This document shows, piece after piece, positions 41,785-55,360 of a stretch of DNA of 64,000 bases. Under the pieces are notes generated by a model. That model was given only the letters and a program-made list of their open reading frames with translations. It did no database searches and had not been told where the DNA came from. The DNA comes from Octopus vulgaris (lineage: Eukaryota), in NCBI GenBank assembly GCA_951406725.2, contig OX597818.1, forward strand, positions 94,488,001-94,552,000, in the 5' to 3' direction. A program made the position numbers and the translations under genes. Each line of letters opens with the position of its first letter. Within the stretch, counting starts at the first letter, position 1.

Positions 41785-42093
41785 GCACGTAAAAAGCACC
41801 ATCCGAACGTGGCGGATTGCAGCGCCGCCTTGACTGGCTTCTGTGCTGGTGGCACGTAAAAAGCACCAACCGATCGTGGCCGCTGCCAGCCCCCTGGCAC
41901 CTGTGCAGGCGGCACGAAAAAGCACCCACTACGCTCACAGAGTGGTTGGCGTTAGGAAGGGCATCCACCTGTCGAAACACTGCCAGATCAGACTGGAGCC
42001 TGATGCAGCCTCCTGGCTTCCCAGACCCCTGTCAAACTGTCCAACCCGTGCTAGCACGGAAAACGGACGTTAAACGATGATGATGATGATGAT
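41785..42093 (+). mobile_element. RTE 3' UTR fragment nested in the Helitron
   Basis: gcacgtaaaaagcacc units...aaaacggacgttaaac(gat)n. Confidence 0.88.
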
Positions 42094-42784
42094 TCTCCCT
42101 CTTTGTTTCTTTCTCCTTTCTCTCTCACTTTCCCACTCTCTTACTCTTCCTTTCTCTCGGACTCTCCCTCGCTTTCTCTTACTCTCTATCTTTATGTATC
42201 TCTCTCCCATTTATAAACAACAAAAGATCTTGAGTAAGTTGAGAAATAAAATATTTAGAAAGATCAATCATAAATATCAGGCAGTTACAAAGGAAAGGTC
42301 TGCTTGAAGACAGACAGCAAAACACTAACATTTAAAAGGGACAGACGAACTTGCGAGCTGAATAAAAATAATAAAATATTGGAAACCAAAGTTTGAAGGG
42401 ATAGAATTTGAGGATAGTAGAGTCACCATGGCTGGCATTTCTTAACGACGGACAGCAACGTATTGACAGTTCAACGGCTGGCGTAAAAGTTTGAACTTGA
42501 TGTAAAAGAAAATCCCTAAAAACCAAGTTTTGACTTGATTCTTTCTCACGACAGTAGACTCACGATGGCAAGCATTCAAAACTTCTTCATCATGGACGGC
42601 AACACATTGACGATTAAAAGGCTGGAGCAAATTTTTTAGCTTGATGTAACAGAGAATTGCTAAACACCCGCTCCTTTAAATTTTAATCCCCTTCCAGCCC
42701 CATTTATACCCCTTTTCACCTTTTGGTTAATATAACCCGATTTAATTTGGGTCTACTGGGGCCACATTTTATAAGATGAGGACA

Positions 42785-42979
42785 CAACCAAGTTTCCCAA
42801 TTTCTGGTCATAGACCATAGAACACTCAACCAAGTTTCCCGATTTCTGGTCATAGACCATAGAACAGTCAAGCAAGTTTCCCGAGTTCTAGTCATAGACC
42901 ATAGAACACTCAACCAAGTTTCCCGAGTTCTGGTCATAGACCATAGAACACTAAACTAAGTTTCCCGAGTTCTGGTCAT
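42785..42979. repeat. 42-bp minisatellite, about 4.6 copies
   Basis: caaccaagtttcccgagttctggtcatagaccatagaacact variants at 42785, 42827, 42869, 42911 and 42953. Confidence 0.93.
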
Positions 42980-43809
42980 TTGCAGAATAAATAGAGACGG
43001 CGGAGGTGGCAGACGTCGTTGCAATGTAAACATGATTTGTTATAAGAGAAAGATTGCCCAGATTGTGTGTTGGTGGTGTTGGTGGTGGCGATGATAATTA
43101 TCATTAGGAAAAAGAGTGAGTGAGTGAGGAAGACATACATAAGTTGTGGCGATGATAATTGTAGACCCCTTTTCACATTTTGATGAAGAGAACCCGATTT
43201 CATTCGGGTGTATTGGGGCTACATATAGGTGTGTGTGTGTGTGTGTGCATGCTGTAGAAATTAAATTAGAGATAAAACCACTAATAAGGAAATGAAACAG
43301 TAAAAAACCAAAAACAAAAACATAAAAATAAAAATATAATATTAGATATATGAATATATGTGTGTGTGTGTGTGTGTGTGTTGACAGGTAGACAATAGAA
43401 TGCGATGGCGATGGGGATGGCGAGTAATATTTGTTACTGTCCATGAACGCTGAGAGATACATGAGTAAAATGTATAGGAAGGTAAGAGATAGAGTGAGTG
43501 AAAATGTTCTTGGAAGAGAGTAAATCGCGACAGAGTGATTTGAGGAAGACTTTACATTAAATAACGGTAGTTGCATTGTCAAATGAAGAGGAGTGACAGA
43601 GTACTGGAGGAAATAGGGTGAGGTAGGAAGATGGCCCCTAGCAACCACACCTTTTAAGATAGGGATTTGTAAGGTAGCCCATGCGCATCGTCACCTCATT
43701 CTACATGTCCCTGTAAATTTTGGAGCGAATCGGACGGGATGTAGTGGCATTGAAAGCGAACCAAGCGGTAAAAACGCAATTCAGTTTTATATATAGAGAA
43801 GAGATATAT

Positions 43810-43907
43810 ATTTATTTTATAGAAGGAGCTTCTACAGGACTAGAACTGTTTCATTCAAAAGAAATCATCAGTTCTAGTCCTGTAGAAGCTCCTTCTATAA
43901 AATAAAT
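43810..43907. repeat. Perfect palindrome with 39-bp arms whose centre holds hammerhead core motifs on the minus strand
   Basis: 43810-43848 pairs with 43869-43907; minus strand centre reads agaa-CTGATGA-tttc-tttt-gaat-GAAA-cag-ttct. Confidence 0.85.
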
Positions 43908-43992
43908 TAATTTACTCTGCTATGTATTGAGTACCTTATTTACTGTGGTTAACCCCGACTCAACTCGGGACCTACATATATATATATATATA

Positions 43993-44195
43993 TGAGGGCA
44001 TGCTGAAAAGTTCCTAGCTTTGGGTGAAAGAAAATACAGGAGGGTCAGTTAATCATATTCCCCTCTCAGATTCATACACTTGTTGCGGCTGTCCTTCAGT
44101 TTTTCTAACCCCTGTAAAAGAACTTGAAAGGTTGCACCTCCAACCTGGCCTTTTATGATACCCTGAAAGTCAGGAACTTTTCAGCACCCCCCTTG
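43993..44195. mobile_element. Mariner-type MITE (about 203 bp)
   Basis: TA followed by tgagggcatgctgaaaagttcct, ending aggaacttttcagcaccccccttg followed by TA. Confidence 0.8.
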
Positions 44196-44438
44196 TAATG
44201 AGTGCACGAAAGCGCACATATTACCTTTAAAGTGTTTTACCCCAACATTGTCACACTATAGAACTGTAAGGCAAATATGAATTAAGTCAAATATTTCATT
44301 ACCCTCTATTATGTACTGCTTGATAAGTACACATCTCTTTATAACTTATATGTTTGATCATATTCATAAAAGGACACATGTATTCATATATATACATCTG
44401 TCTGTCTATAAGTATCTTTATTGTGCATGTGTGTGTAT

Positions 44439-44477
<39 letters not shown>

Positions 44478-44478
<1 letters not shown>

Positions 44479-46010
44479 CTTAGAAAGGTTTTGGCCAGTA
44501 TTGGCCCAGGCCATGTCTAACTTAATAGCACCACCTGGTGAAGTCTTTCAGTTCAGGATTTGGGCACCAAGGCCCATTCGAGCAGAGAGTTATTGTTTGC
44601 GGAGACATATCCGGGTGTGGGTGGTTTGTCCGGTACTGTTTGAAGGAATTTGTCCAAAGACTTCTTGAATTTTGTGTGGTCAGTTTCTTTTTTGACGTGC
44701 CCTGGTGTAATGTTGAAGAGAGCAGGTCCAATTGAGGTGAAATAGTTGTACCGTATTGTCGTTATGTGATGCGATTTAGATTTTTGTTGTGGACCGATGG
44801 CACGTGGTCCAAGCCTTGGATGCATTTTGAAGGTGATGCCAACATCATTCGGACAGTGCTGGTGGAATATTTTCCACATCATACAGATAATGTAGCGTTC
44901 ACGGCATTGTTGGAGTGAATACAATTTCAGCTTCTCTAGTCTACCCCAGTAGTCAAGGTCTGACATGCCATCTATCTTTTTTATGATTGACCTTTGGGGA
45001 GCTTCAATTCTCATAATATTTTGTTTTGTGTAGGGAGACCACAGTGGACAGCAGTATTCAAGGTGGTGTCGGGCAAAAGTGGAGAAGAGAAGGATAATAG
45101 CGTGGGAATCTCTCGACTGGAAGGTTCTGAGAATCCAGGAACACATTCTGCGGGCCATGTCAACTTTGCTGTTTATATGTGTAGCCCAGCTTATGTTGTT
45201 GTCCACTGTTACTCCCAGGTCTCTGATGTTGTTGGATGCCATGAGAATTTCTCCAGAAGGAAGAGAGTATGGGAGTTTCAGAGCGTCCTCCCTTCCAAAG
45301 TGGATCAGTTCAAATTTGTCTTCATTTAGCAACATGTTATTCTTTTCCACCCATTGGACAACAGCCAGTAGGTCTGACTGAAGGTTTATTCGGTCATCCA
45401 CGCCATTGATGACCTTCTGGAGCTTGGAGTCATCAGCGAAGGTTCTGATGTTACTGTGTTTGATGGTATCAGTAATATCATTTATGTAGATGATGAAGAG
45501 AAGTGGGCCCAACACAGTGCCTTGTGGGACACCACTGCTGACTTTGGCTGGGCTGGATTTGACTCCTTCGACTACAACATGTTGGGTTCTGTTAGACAGG
45601 AAGCACTTGATCCACTGCAGCAACTTTCCAGTGACACCAATATTGGACAGCTTTCTCAGAAGGTTCTTATGATCAACCCTGTCAAAGGCCTTGCTGAAAT
45701 CAAGGTAGATGACATCAGTGTTGGAACCTTCTCCCAAGGCTCTCAAAATGTCATCAAAATGATGCAGTAGCTGCGTCAGGCAATCTCTCCCATTACAGAA
45801 TCCATGCTGGTTGGGGTTCAGCATATTATGACTCTCAAGGAAGTGAGTCATACGCGATCTCAGCACCCTCTCAAATACCTTGATGATATGAGAGGTGAGT
45901 GAGATTGGATGGTAATTCACGGCAAGCGATTTGTTTCCTTTTTTGAAAACTGGGACAACAGACTGGGATAGAAGGTCCTCTGGTATATATCCAGCATCCA
46001 GTGAGTTCCG
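44478..46010 (-). mobile_element. 5'-truncated CR1-group LINE family B
   Basis: RT ORF plus a short 3' UTR shared with 3463-3533; flanked by (TA)n tracts. Confidence 0.93.
44553..46010 (-). pseudogene. LINE ORF2 reverse transcriptase (open over about 485 codons, 5'-truncated, no start)
   Basis: [47 protein letters not shown]; the upstream part of the 682-aa ORF is microsatellite. Confidence 0.9.
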
Positions 46011-46011
46011 T

Positions 46012-46063
46012 ATCGATATATACGCATATATATACATATATATATATATATAGATATATACGC

Positions 46064-46126
<63 letters not shown>

Positions 46127-46703
46127 TATATATATATATATAGATATATACGCATATATATACATATATATATATATATACGCATATATATAGATATAGA
46201 TATATACGCATATATATATACATATATATATATATATATGCATATATATATATAGATATAGATATATACGCATATATATATACATATATATATATATATA
46301 TGCATATATATATATAGATATAGATATATACGCATATATATATATATAGATATAGATATATACGCATATATATATATATGCATATATATATATATATGCA
46401 TATATATATATATATATATAGATATATACGCATATATATACATATATATATATATATATACGCATATATATAGATATAGATATATACGCATATATATATA
46501 CATATATATATACACACACACACATATATATAGATATAGATATATACACATATATATACATATATATACACACACACATATATTGATAGATATATACACA
46601 TATATATACATATATCATCGTTTAACGTCCGTTCTCCATGCTAAGACACATATATATATATATATACATACATATATATATACACACATACATATATATA
46701 TAT

Positions 46704-46736
<33 letters not shown>

Positions 46737-46807
46737 GACACATATATATATATATATATACATACATATATATATACACACATACATATATATATATACA
46801 CACATAC

Positions 46808-46882
<75 letters not shown>

Positions 46883-46900
46883 CACATAAACATACACATA
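46012..46900. repeat. (TA)/(CA)/(GATATATACGCATA) compound microsatellite containing a 30-bp RTE tail at about 46615
   Basis: Simple-sequence composition. Confidence 0.9.
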
Positions 46901-47139
46901 TATACCCCTACATACACCAGTGCTTATATATTCACAGCCAGCCACATTCCTATCAGGGATTTGTCACCTCTTTTATAGAAACCAGTTAATAAGACATTCT
47001 CTGGTATTGTGAATAACTACTGCCTGGCTGAAGAAACACAGACAAATACCCCAGTGATTTGCCTTTCAACAATTTACAAACATTAAGTGTGATACATAAA
47101 TTGCTATATCTGTGTGTTTCTATTTATCTGTATACCTGG

Positions 47140-47180
<41 letters not shown>

Positions 47181-47639
47181 ATGTGTGTATATGTATGCAT
47201 CTCTCTCTTCTGTGTGTGTGTATGTATATGCATCTCTCTCTTCTGTGTGTGTGAAGGTATGTGGCCTATTACAGTGTTGCACTTATGATCATAAGATTGT
47301 GGTTTTGATTCTCAACCAGTAGCGAGTTGTGTTTTTGAGTATAACTCAGCATTTCATGTTAGTTCTGTCCACTTAGCTGTATATGGCTAACACTGTGACA
47401 GACTGGCATTCCTTTCAGAGTGACTGTTGGCCTGCTCACTTTGCCAGCAGGATTACAATATATGAAAGCTACAATAGGAGGAAGCACATTGTGACCAGCA
47501 GCCTATAGCAACATCCAATAGTCTGGGTGCTACAGTGATTTCTATCTATATTTTTATGTCTGTCTGTCACACAATCAGTCAATTATTCATCAATTAGTCA
47601 ACCAATTAATCCATCAATCAATCATTTATTCAGGGTACC

Positions 47640-48600
47640 ATGTTCAGTAGTCTGGTGGACATAGAGTAAACTAAGAGTAGATGAATGGCTTATGTGGGCA
47701 TTTCAAGCTATGTACAAGCATGCAGCAAGTAAAGTGAGAGCTGGCCATGACTTTAGTGATGAATTTGGTATGGAGATAGAAGTTCATAGAAGTTCATAAG
47801 GTTCAGTCCTCTCCTAATCATTATAGTCCTACATGCCATCAGGAAGGAGTTTAAAACTGGCTGTCCTTGAGAACTCATTTATGCTGATGATCTAGTTCTC
47901 ATAGCTGAACCTATAGTGGAAGTAGAAAAGAAGACAGGACCCTGCTACTATGAGAGAAATAGCCATGTTTCATATTAAAAAAAGGAGTAGGTATAAACTC
48001 CATATAAGATAAGGATACACAAAAGATATAGTGAAATTACTAGCAGATTATCCAAAAATGTAAACTTCATGTGCAGTATGGAAGAGTTTGTACAAACAGA
48101 CTAGAAATTGAGTCTCTTAAATGCCCAGATGGCCCACTAGGAGTAGTTGATATTCTATATTACCTTGAAAATTAGCAAGTGGCTCTGCTAACAATAAGGA
48201 TCATTTCCCTAACACTGAAGAGCAGACTATATGATGCATGTTTTAGAATTGCAACATTGCAGTGAAACATGGGCCTGAATGCTGAGGAACTAAAAAGATA
48301 AGAGAAATGAAACAAGCATGCTCTACTGGATGTGCTATGTAAGTCTGCATGAAAGAATTGGAACAAAGGTGCTGAGTGAAAAACCAGGCATTAGGGGTAT
48401 CAGTTGTTGCATGCAAGAAAGAAGACAGCTAATATGGATGAAGCTAGCTGTATAAAGAAGTGCTGGTTGCTAAATGTGGCTGCAACTTGTGTGAAAGGGA
48501 GAACCAGAAAGACATAAAATGAAGTATTTTAGGCTGACCTCAGCACCATGAGCCTGATGAAGATGACAAAGGACTGGGCTTTCTGGCAATACAAGATTCA
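47640..48600 (+). mobile_element. Old, heavily decayed RTE ORF remnant
   Basis: ELIYADDLVLIAE at about 47870-47910; ggagtaggtataaactcc, agcagactatatgatgcatgt and gtgaaacatggg match the younger RTE copies. Confidence 0.75.
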
Positions 48601-48909
48601 TCAAAAGATCTTTCCTCACCATCAAAACTGAGATCTGATAAGGCTATGTATTGTAATCTCTGCCCACATTATGGTGATTTATCCTCCTTCTCTATGTATT
48701 AACCCTGCTTCATCTTCCTGCCACCCAGCTCCTGCAGACTACCGACAGTATCATTCTTCTCTCTTGTGTCCTGCTCTAACAACTACATCATATTTACTGT
48801 TCTTGCTGCTTGCTCCCCCTTCTCTTCTGCATCCCTCTGTCTCCCCCAACTCCTCCCTATGCAGGCCTACCCATTATACCTTTGCACTCGAAGCCCTCCA
48901 AGGGCAGGA

Positions 48910-49740
48910 AGTGAGAGTTCTTATGGTTTGTCTCCTTTCTCTCTTCAAGTTAAATTCCTATTTGAGCTTTTCTTTAAAATTCTGAACTGCAATTTCCCAC
49001 CACAACATAAATATTACCCTATCTTCAACAAATCTATAAAAATATCTTACTCCACCACACCCAACTTAGGATCCATAATTGCCTCCTCTAATAAATGCAA
49101 ACTTCACCACCTGACAGTTGACCTTACAATCTATCCCTCTGAACCTCCCCCTCCCCCCTGGTAGTAATAATACAACCCTTAGAAAGCCTACTCAATCCAA
49201 TAATACCATAATGCTACCAACATGACTGAATATAACAGTGGTGACACTCCCACCCAGCCTAACACTTATACTGATAATACCTCCCATACTTCTTTGATGG
49301 TAGCTGACCATACAAACCAGACCTTTGCAGGGATCAATTCCAACCCCAGTGCTGGTATGAAAACCTGCAAATTCCAGGCCTCTCAACTTTCTCACTCGGA
49401 GGTTTCTTTCTACACAATAATGTAGTCTATAAATACTTGGTTATAACACCATGCTTCCTCATGGCACATAGTTTCAAGCACTGCTACTAAGCACACATGA
49501 ATTCTTTCCCCAATCAAACCTCTTAACTATCTACCTATCTAGCAACTTATATACACAACCCCAAATATTTCCTACCCTGATCTACTGTCCGTGAGGCTTC
49601 CCTGTACAACACTAACCTTGGAGTTTGTAAATTATGTTCAAGTGAATCTCTTGCCATCCTCTGTAACCACAAATTCTCATTACTCAATAAATCTTGAGAT
49701 GTAATCCTTTCATATAAACACAAATTTTATTCACTATTTG
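48910..49740 (+). mobile_element. Decayed Penelope-like element fragment
   Basis: NFPPQHKYYPIFNKSIKISYSTTPNLGSIIASSNK and later YNTNLGVCKLCSSESLAIL...LLNKS match the Penelope linker and endonuclease C-terminus. Confidence 0.7.
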
Positions 49741-49811
49741 CCCATTAAATAAAGTCTATATAATTCTCCTAATTATGATACAACCTTAAATTGCAACTTA
49801 TACCTCCTTTT

Positions 49812-49847
<36 letters not shown>

Positions 49848-50829
49848 ATTCTCTTTGTGTATTCCCCCTACCTAGCACATTCTCCTATACTACCCCCCAC
49901 CCTCATACTTTGAATTCTTTTCTCACCTCCTCATAGCTTCATCCTCAACCAGAACCACTTAGCACTATCTACCCCTTGCAATTGCTACCAAACTGTCCTT
50001 TCTTTTCTCCCTCTCTGTCCACCTCTTGTTATTTATTCTCATACCTTTCTACCTACTTCAGTATTCTCCCTCTATCATCGACCCACCTTCATTCTTTGAA
50101 TTTCCCCTTTGCCTCCTTACCAGCATCTATAACTAGTTGCCTTCTCTTCATTTCAATACCCACTTGTCCCTTATCTTACTCCCCTTTTTGCAGTTCTTTT
50201 GCCTCCACCATCCTTGATTAATAACTTCTTTTGTCAATGCACCCAACAATGATTCAGCTCTTCACAATACTACCATTCCATCCATTTGTCAATTACCTCT
50301 CCTTCTTCCTGCTCTGCCTCCTCTTTATCTTGTTGCCCTTTTTATGCTTCAACCCTCACCCTGAACTGCCTACTTCCTCTTTCCACTTGCTTTTATTTGC
50401 CTTCTTTACCCATTCTACCCTTAAGTTCCTTGCATTATGACCCCCTCTCCTGGTAGTAATAATACAACCCTATATCTCTCCTTTCTAAAGGAAGGCAAAA
50501 AATAAGAAAGAGGAAGTTTTTCTTGAAAAGTCAAACAAGTTCTGAATGGACAATAATATTTGCATTTAATTACATTTAAAAATAACATTCAATTGAAAAT
50601 TATTATAAAGTAGTTTTTCCATGTTCTCCCTTTAACTACACAGTAATGCCATCTACTTGTAGTTACAGTCGCTATGTCAATATTTACCTGAAGATTGATT
50701 AAAATACGAAAGTATTTGAAATGATAAAATGTGAAAATATGGCTTTGTTGAAATTTAATTGACTAATTTATTATCTCTGCACACACACACACACAAAAAG
50801 ACTATTTTGAGATCATTAGATAGATTTTA

Positions 50830-51480
50830 ATCCCATATTGGGGACATCTTGCTCATTGTTCACCATGTCAATTCAATTCTTACTTCACTGTTTCTCTTTG
50901 AGCTGTCTATCCATTATCTCAGATATCTGAAGTTAGATACATTCAAATTTGCATTCTTTGATGCTACAATGTGTTCTTCTTGAGTGAAAACCATAGATTC
51001 AGTTTTACCCTCATTGACATGTAATCCGATCTGTTTTGCAGCTTTAACTCAATCAAGCAGTAGGCAAGCTTCTTTGATAGTATTAGAAATAAGATTTATG
51101 TCATCAGCTTAATCTGTATCAGTAATAATAGTTGTAGATGAGTATTTGCGAACTTGATTCTTCTGCAGTTGCTGTTGTAATTTGTAATGAGTAGGCCAAG
51201 GCTACAATGAACAAAAAAGGTGCAAAAATTTTCACCTTGTATTCTTGCCTGGATCTGAAAAAAATCTGTTTCAACTCAGATAATAAATTTTGAGTGATGG
51301 TATCTCTATGGAGAATGTCTACTGTCTGGGATACCAAATGCTTTGAGAATATTCATCACCTTAATTTGATAGCTTGAGTCACAAGTTTTGCTAAATGGCT
51401 TGATAACTTTTAGGTTCTGACTTTTGATACCATCAACAAGCCTTCATATTGCAAGAACTTGCAATAATGTTGATCTTCCT
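50830..51480 (-). mobile_element. Old non-LTR RT remnant
   Basis: Minus strand FAPFLFIVALAYSL followed by TD*ADD, resembling RT motifs QGDxLAPxLF and YADD. Confidence 0.5.
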
Positions 51481-51850
51481 GGATGAATATCTGTATATAT
51501 GCGCATGTGTACACGCACACACACACACACACACACACATATCCACATACACACACACATGCATCCACACACGTGTTTATATGTGTATATCTATGTATGT
51601 GTTAGAATGTATGTTTACATTCACATTTCTCTGAAGAATACTTAACTATGGGTGGTTATGTTGTCATTTCCTCTGTCAACAAGTTGTCCACTGGCTTTGC
51701 ACCTTTGAAGTTATCTCTTACTTCAAAAACAGGTAAGGATTAGTGTGTGTACATACATATACATATATATATATATATTTCAACAATTGAGGGTAAAATT
51801 AATTAATTATTAATCAATGCGGCGAAGTAATTTATTTTACTAAGCCCTTT

Positions 51851-51881
<31 letters not shown>

Positions 51882-54800
51882 CATACAGACACTCACATGC
51901 ACAAAAAAAAATCTGTAAAGTGGTTGTTGTTAGGAAGAGCATCCTGTCATAGAAACCATGCCAAAAATGGAAGGTATGATTAAAATGTCGTCTTCTGACT
52001 AGTCTTTGAGAGTAGTACCTTAGAATAAGAAATGATCTGAATTATGATGACCTGTCGAACTTATCAATGTTTGGAAAATGGGCATATAATGTGGACTATG
52101 TCTACGATATATCTTAACATAGCATCAATACTTCAAATTTCAGAGCAGAGATATAATAATTTGTATCATTTCTAGTATTTTAGCGTGTCAGAATAATATT
52201 AAACAAACATTGATATTTACATTTTCTTGTTGTGATGTTAATTTTTGTTGGTGAAAGGCACGATTATTTCATCTTAATCATTTCCCCTCACTTATACCAT
52301 ACAAAATTTTTTAGACCTTGAGAGCATGTCTAAGAAACTGTTACCAACCAACCATTCAGATACTATCTGTATCTCACCCATTCAACCATGTTCAGCTGTA
52401 TTGTTAAGCTGTTACATGGCATATTTGGTAATGATGGTGGTAGAGGTGGTAAATAGTATATGCTGTTATGTAGTATATATTAATGTATAGTATATGGTTA
52501 GGAAAATATGTTACTAGTATTTCTAAAGTATATGGTAATGGTGGTGTGGCATGTTTTCTTAAATGTGTGTTGTTGCTTAACTTAGGCCAGCCTAGATTTA
52601 CGAGTAAAGGGTTTAGAGCTCTGACCGTCCAAATTTTATTGACACAGTGTATCTAGAACTGTACCCTTTTTGTAAGATGATATGGTGGGATTTGAGTGAA
52701 TTTATGGGGCCTTCATTAATATGTTGTGTGTAGTGGTCTGTTATATAGTGCTTTGTAGTGTATAGGTGTATATTAAATAATAAGGATATTTATGCCCGTG
52801 ATGTGGAGAATATTATAGTAGTGATGTATATATTGTGGTAGTGTTGCATAGTGTATGATACTGTAGTTGTACCGGCAGAGATAATAGACTGTCGTGTAAT
52901 GTATGGTGATTGGGTTGTGTACTACATTGTGGTGCTGGTGATAATGTATATTGCACGATAGTGACAATGGTAGTGTAGAATAGTTATTTAGCTGTGGGTT
53001 AGTTTTGAATGAGCTGACTAATGAAAAAAGGCAATTGTAGTTGTGATCACCACATCTGTTTAAGACATGTATCTAGACCTACATCATTCAGTGCATCCTT
53101 TTTGAAATCAGCAGGTGTGTCATGCTAAAAGAAAATTTGGCTGTAATTTTTAGCAGGTTGAATGACCATGTAATGGCTCCCATAGTGTATGGTATCATTG
53201 GCAATGTGTATTTTAATTGTATGTAATACTAGTGGTGTGTAGTATATGGTATTGGTGGTCATGTTAATGTGTAGTTCTGCTGCTGCAGTAATGGTAGTAG
53301 TGTGAATATATGATTTTGGTGATGAGCGATTTAATGGTATTGGTGATGTGTAATTGCTACTAGGGTGTAGGTTGTGTAGGTTAGTGGGGTTATTCATAAA
53401 TATAGTGGTGTAGTATAGGACAGAAATGATTGTGTGATGTATAGTGTGTGGTTTTGGTGGTAGTGTATGTTTAGTATTGATATGTGGTGATGGAAATGTG
53501 CATGTGATCATTATTATTCTACCAAATCTTTACCAGTGAAAGCAGCCTCTACGACATTCTCTTAATGCTGCTATCACTACCATCACCAGCAGCAGATACA
53601 GCAGCAGCAGCACTACACACATTAAACAGAGCTGCTGCTACTACTGTTTATAATACTATTACTGCTGCTGTTGCTGCTTTCACCAATATTACAAATGTCT
53701 GTAAATCAATTTCTGGCAAACATGGAGTGTTCTCCACCTCACACCCTGTCGAAACTACATCATCATCATCATCACCATCTTCATCATCATCATCACCATA
53801 TATTCCTCTTACACACATATATCCTCACTTCTCACCATCTCAGACTTAGCAGAAATAAACCATTCCACAGCTCTCATAAGAATGGAATCTAGCAGAACTA
53901 CCATTTCACAATATGTCTAGCTAGATTCAATTTCCTCACACCCTCAACACCCCACTGTCACATGGGGGTTAGGACAAGATCTATCATTCTTACTACTACT
54001 ACTGCCACCACCACCACCACTGGTAATACTCCTACTAAATTGGAATGTTTCAGAAAAAATTAATATTAAAAATTATTATTATTAATATTAAAATTTATTA
54101 TTAAGTATCACTCAATAGAGTTGATTTAATTGATTATACTCTATCTAAAATATGTGACCTTGTGCCTATATTAGAAATCATCATTATTATTATTTTTTTG
54201 CAGCTTTCATCTCCCCACTTCTGTCTCTTTACACATAGGCACACCTCAGTGAAACCTTGTAACAAAACCTGTGCAATCAAGCAGTAGTGGTACTACAATT
54301 TTGCAATATGTCTACCTAGATTCCTTTACCACACATATACATACGTACAGTCTTGCAACATGTCTATGTTGATTCCTCTACTACTACTACTACTACTACA
54401 CACGGAGGTGTATATGCATATACATACAGGCATACATTCTGAAGGATTTTTATTTCAAGGCTAAGTGTGTATCTGGAGTAGGGGCATGGTGTATCCACCT
54501 GCAGCCACTAAAGCCTCTTTATTTTTGCCCTTGTCAGATATGGAAATCTTTCTGATTGATGGAAAACTTTCTGATTGATATGGAAACCTTTCTGAATGAT
54601 GGTTGGTTCAGTGTTAGCCTGTGCTACCATAGCAAACACTTACATTGTAGTATTTACATCCATCCAGAGTAATACATATATGCACTCATTGACATACACT
54701 AAAATACACACACACACGGTGACATAATGTTACTATGTGATATATTTAACATCTGTTTTCCATGCTAGCATTGGTTTTTCTGGGAGTTATTTGAAGCAAG

Positions 54801-55093
54801 ATTTTATGGCTGGATTTTGATTTTCTTCCTGTTGCCAACCCATGCCTTTTTCAAATAAGGGATTTTTTTAATACCAGATGTCTTTGAAAGCACAGTACAG
54901 CCAGTCATCATGTCAAGATCATCATAATTTTGCTCAAGTGGTGATAAGCTTGGAATATCAACATTCATGCATACCCACCTCCATATATATCCATATATAA
55001 ATATCCTCAATGTATCATATATCTGAAAAAGAAGCACACGCTAAATCATAGAACAGTAATGTATTTGTAAGTATTTAAGTCTATATCAGGTTA

Positions 55094-55312
55094 TAGAGTG
55101 ACCAATGGTTTCACATCCATAAAAGGCTTAGCTCCATGAATGTCTTGTCAGACTCTAAAGCCAAAGGCAAGGGAAGTGAAAAGTTACATTTGTCTTTGGC
55201 TTTAGAGTGACCAATGGTTTTGTATCCACAAAGGGTTTAGCCATGTGAATGTCTCATCAGATTCTAAAGTCAAAGACAAGGGAAGCAAAGAGTTACATAT
55301 GTCTTCAGCTTT
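55094..55312 (-). repeat. 109-bp tandem dimer, each unit with a decayed type I hammerhead (55094-55157 and 55203-55266)
   Basis: Minus strand: tagagt-CTGACAA-gacattcat...atggatgt-GAAA-cca-t-tgg-TC-actcta and tagaat-CTGATGA-gacattcaca...tgtggatac-AAAA-cca-t-tgg-TC-actcta. Confidence 0.78.
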
Positions 55313-55323
55313 CAGGTGTGAAA

Positions 55324-55360
<37 letters not shown>

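Larger units (their letters stand above)
41717..43804 (-). mobile_element. Non-autonomous Helitron-type element (about 2.1 kb)
   Basis: Minus strand begins a/TCTCTTCTCTATATATAAAA and ends with hairpin acccgc-gcgtaga-gcgggt shortly before CTAG/t; sits between A and T in TA-rich flanks with no target duplication; internal minisatellites. Confidence 0.78.

Noticed and set aside
44553-46601. 682-aa ORF as an intact gene
   Set aside because: The first roughly 195 residues are microsatellite; the remainder is a 5'-truncated LINE RT.
50683-50725. CTGAAGA...GAAA motif
   Set aside because: Stems I-III are too weak to distinguish from chance in AT-rich DNA.
53565-53892. Ala/Thr/Ser- or His-rich ORFs
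   Set aside because: Derived from (GCA)n, (CTA)n and (CAT)n triplet repeats; no recognisable domain or splice support.
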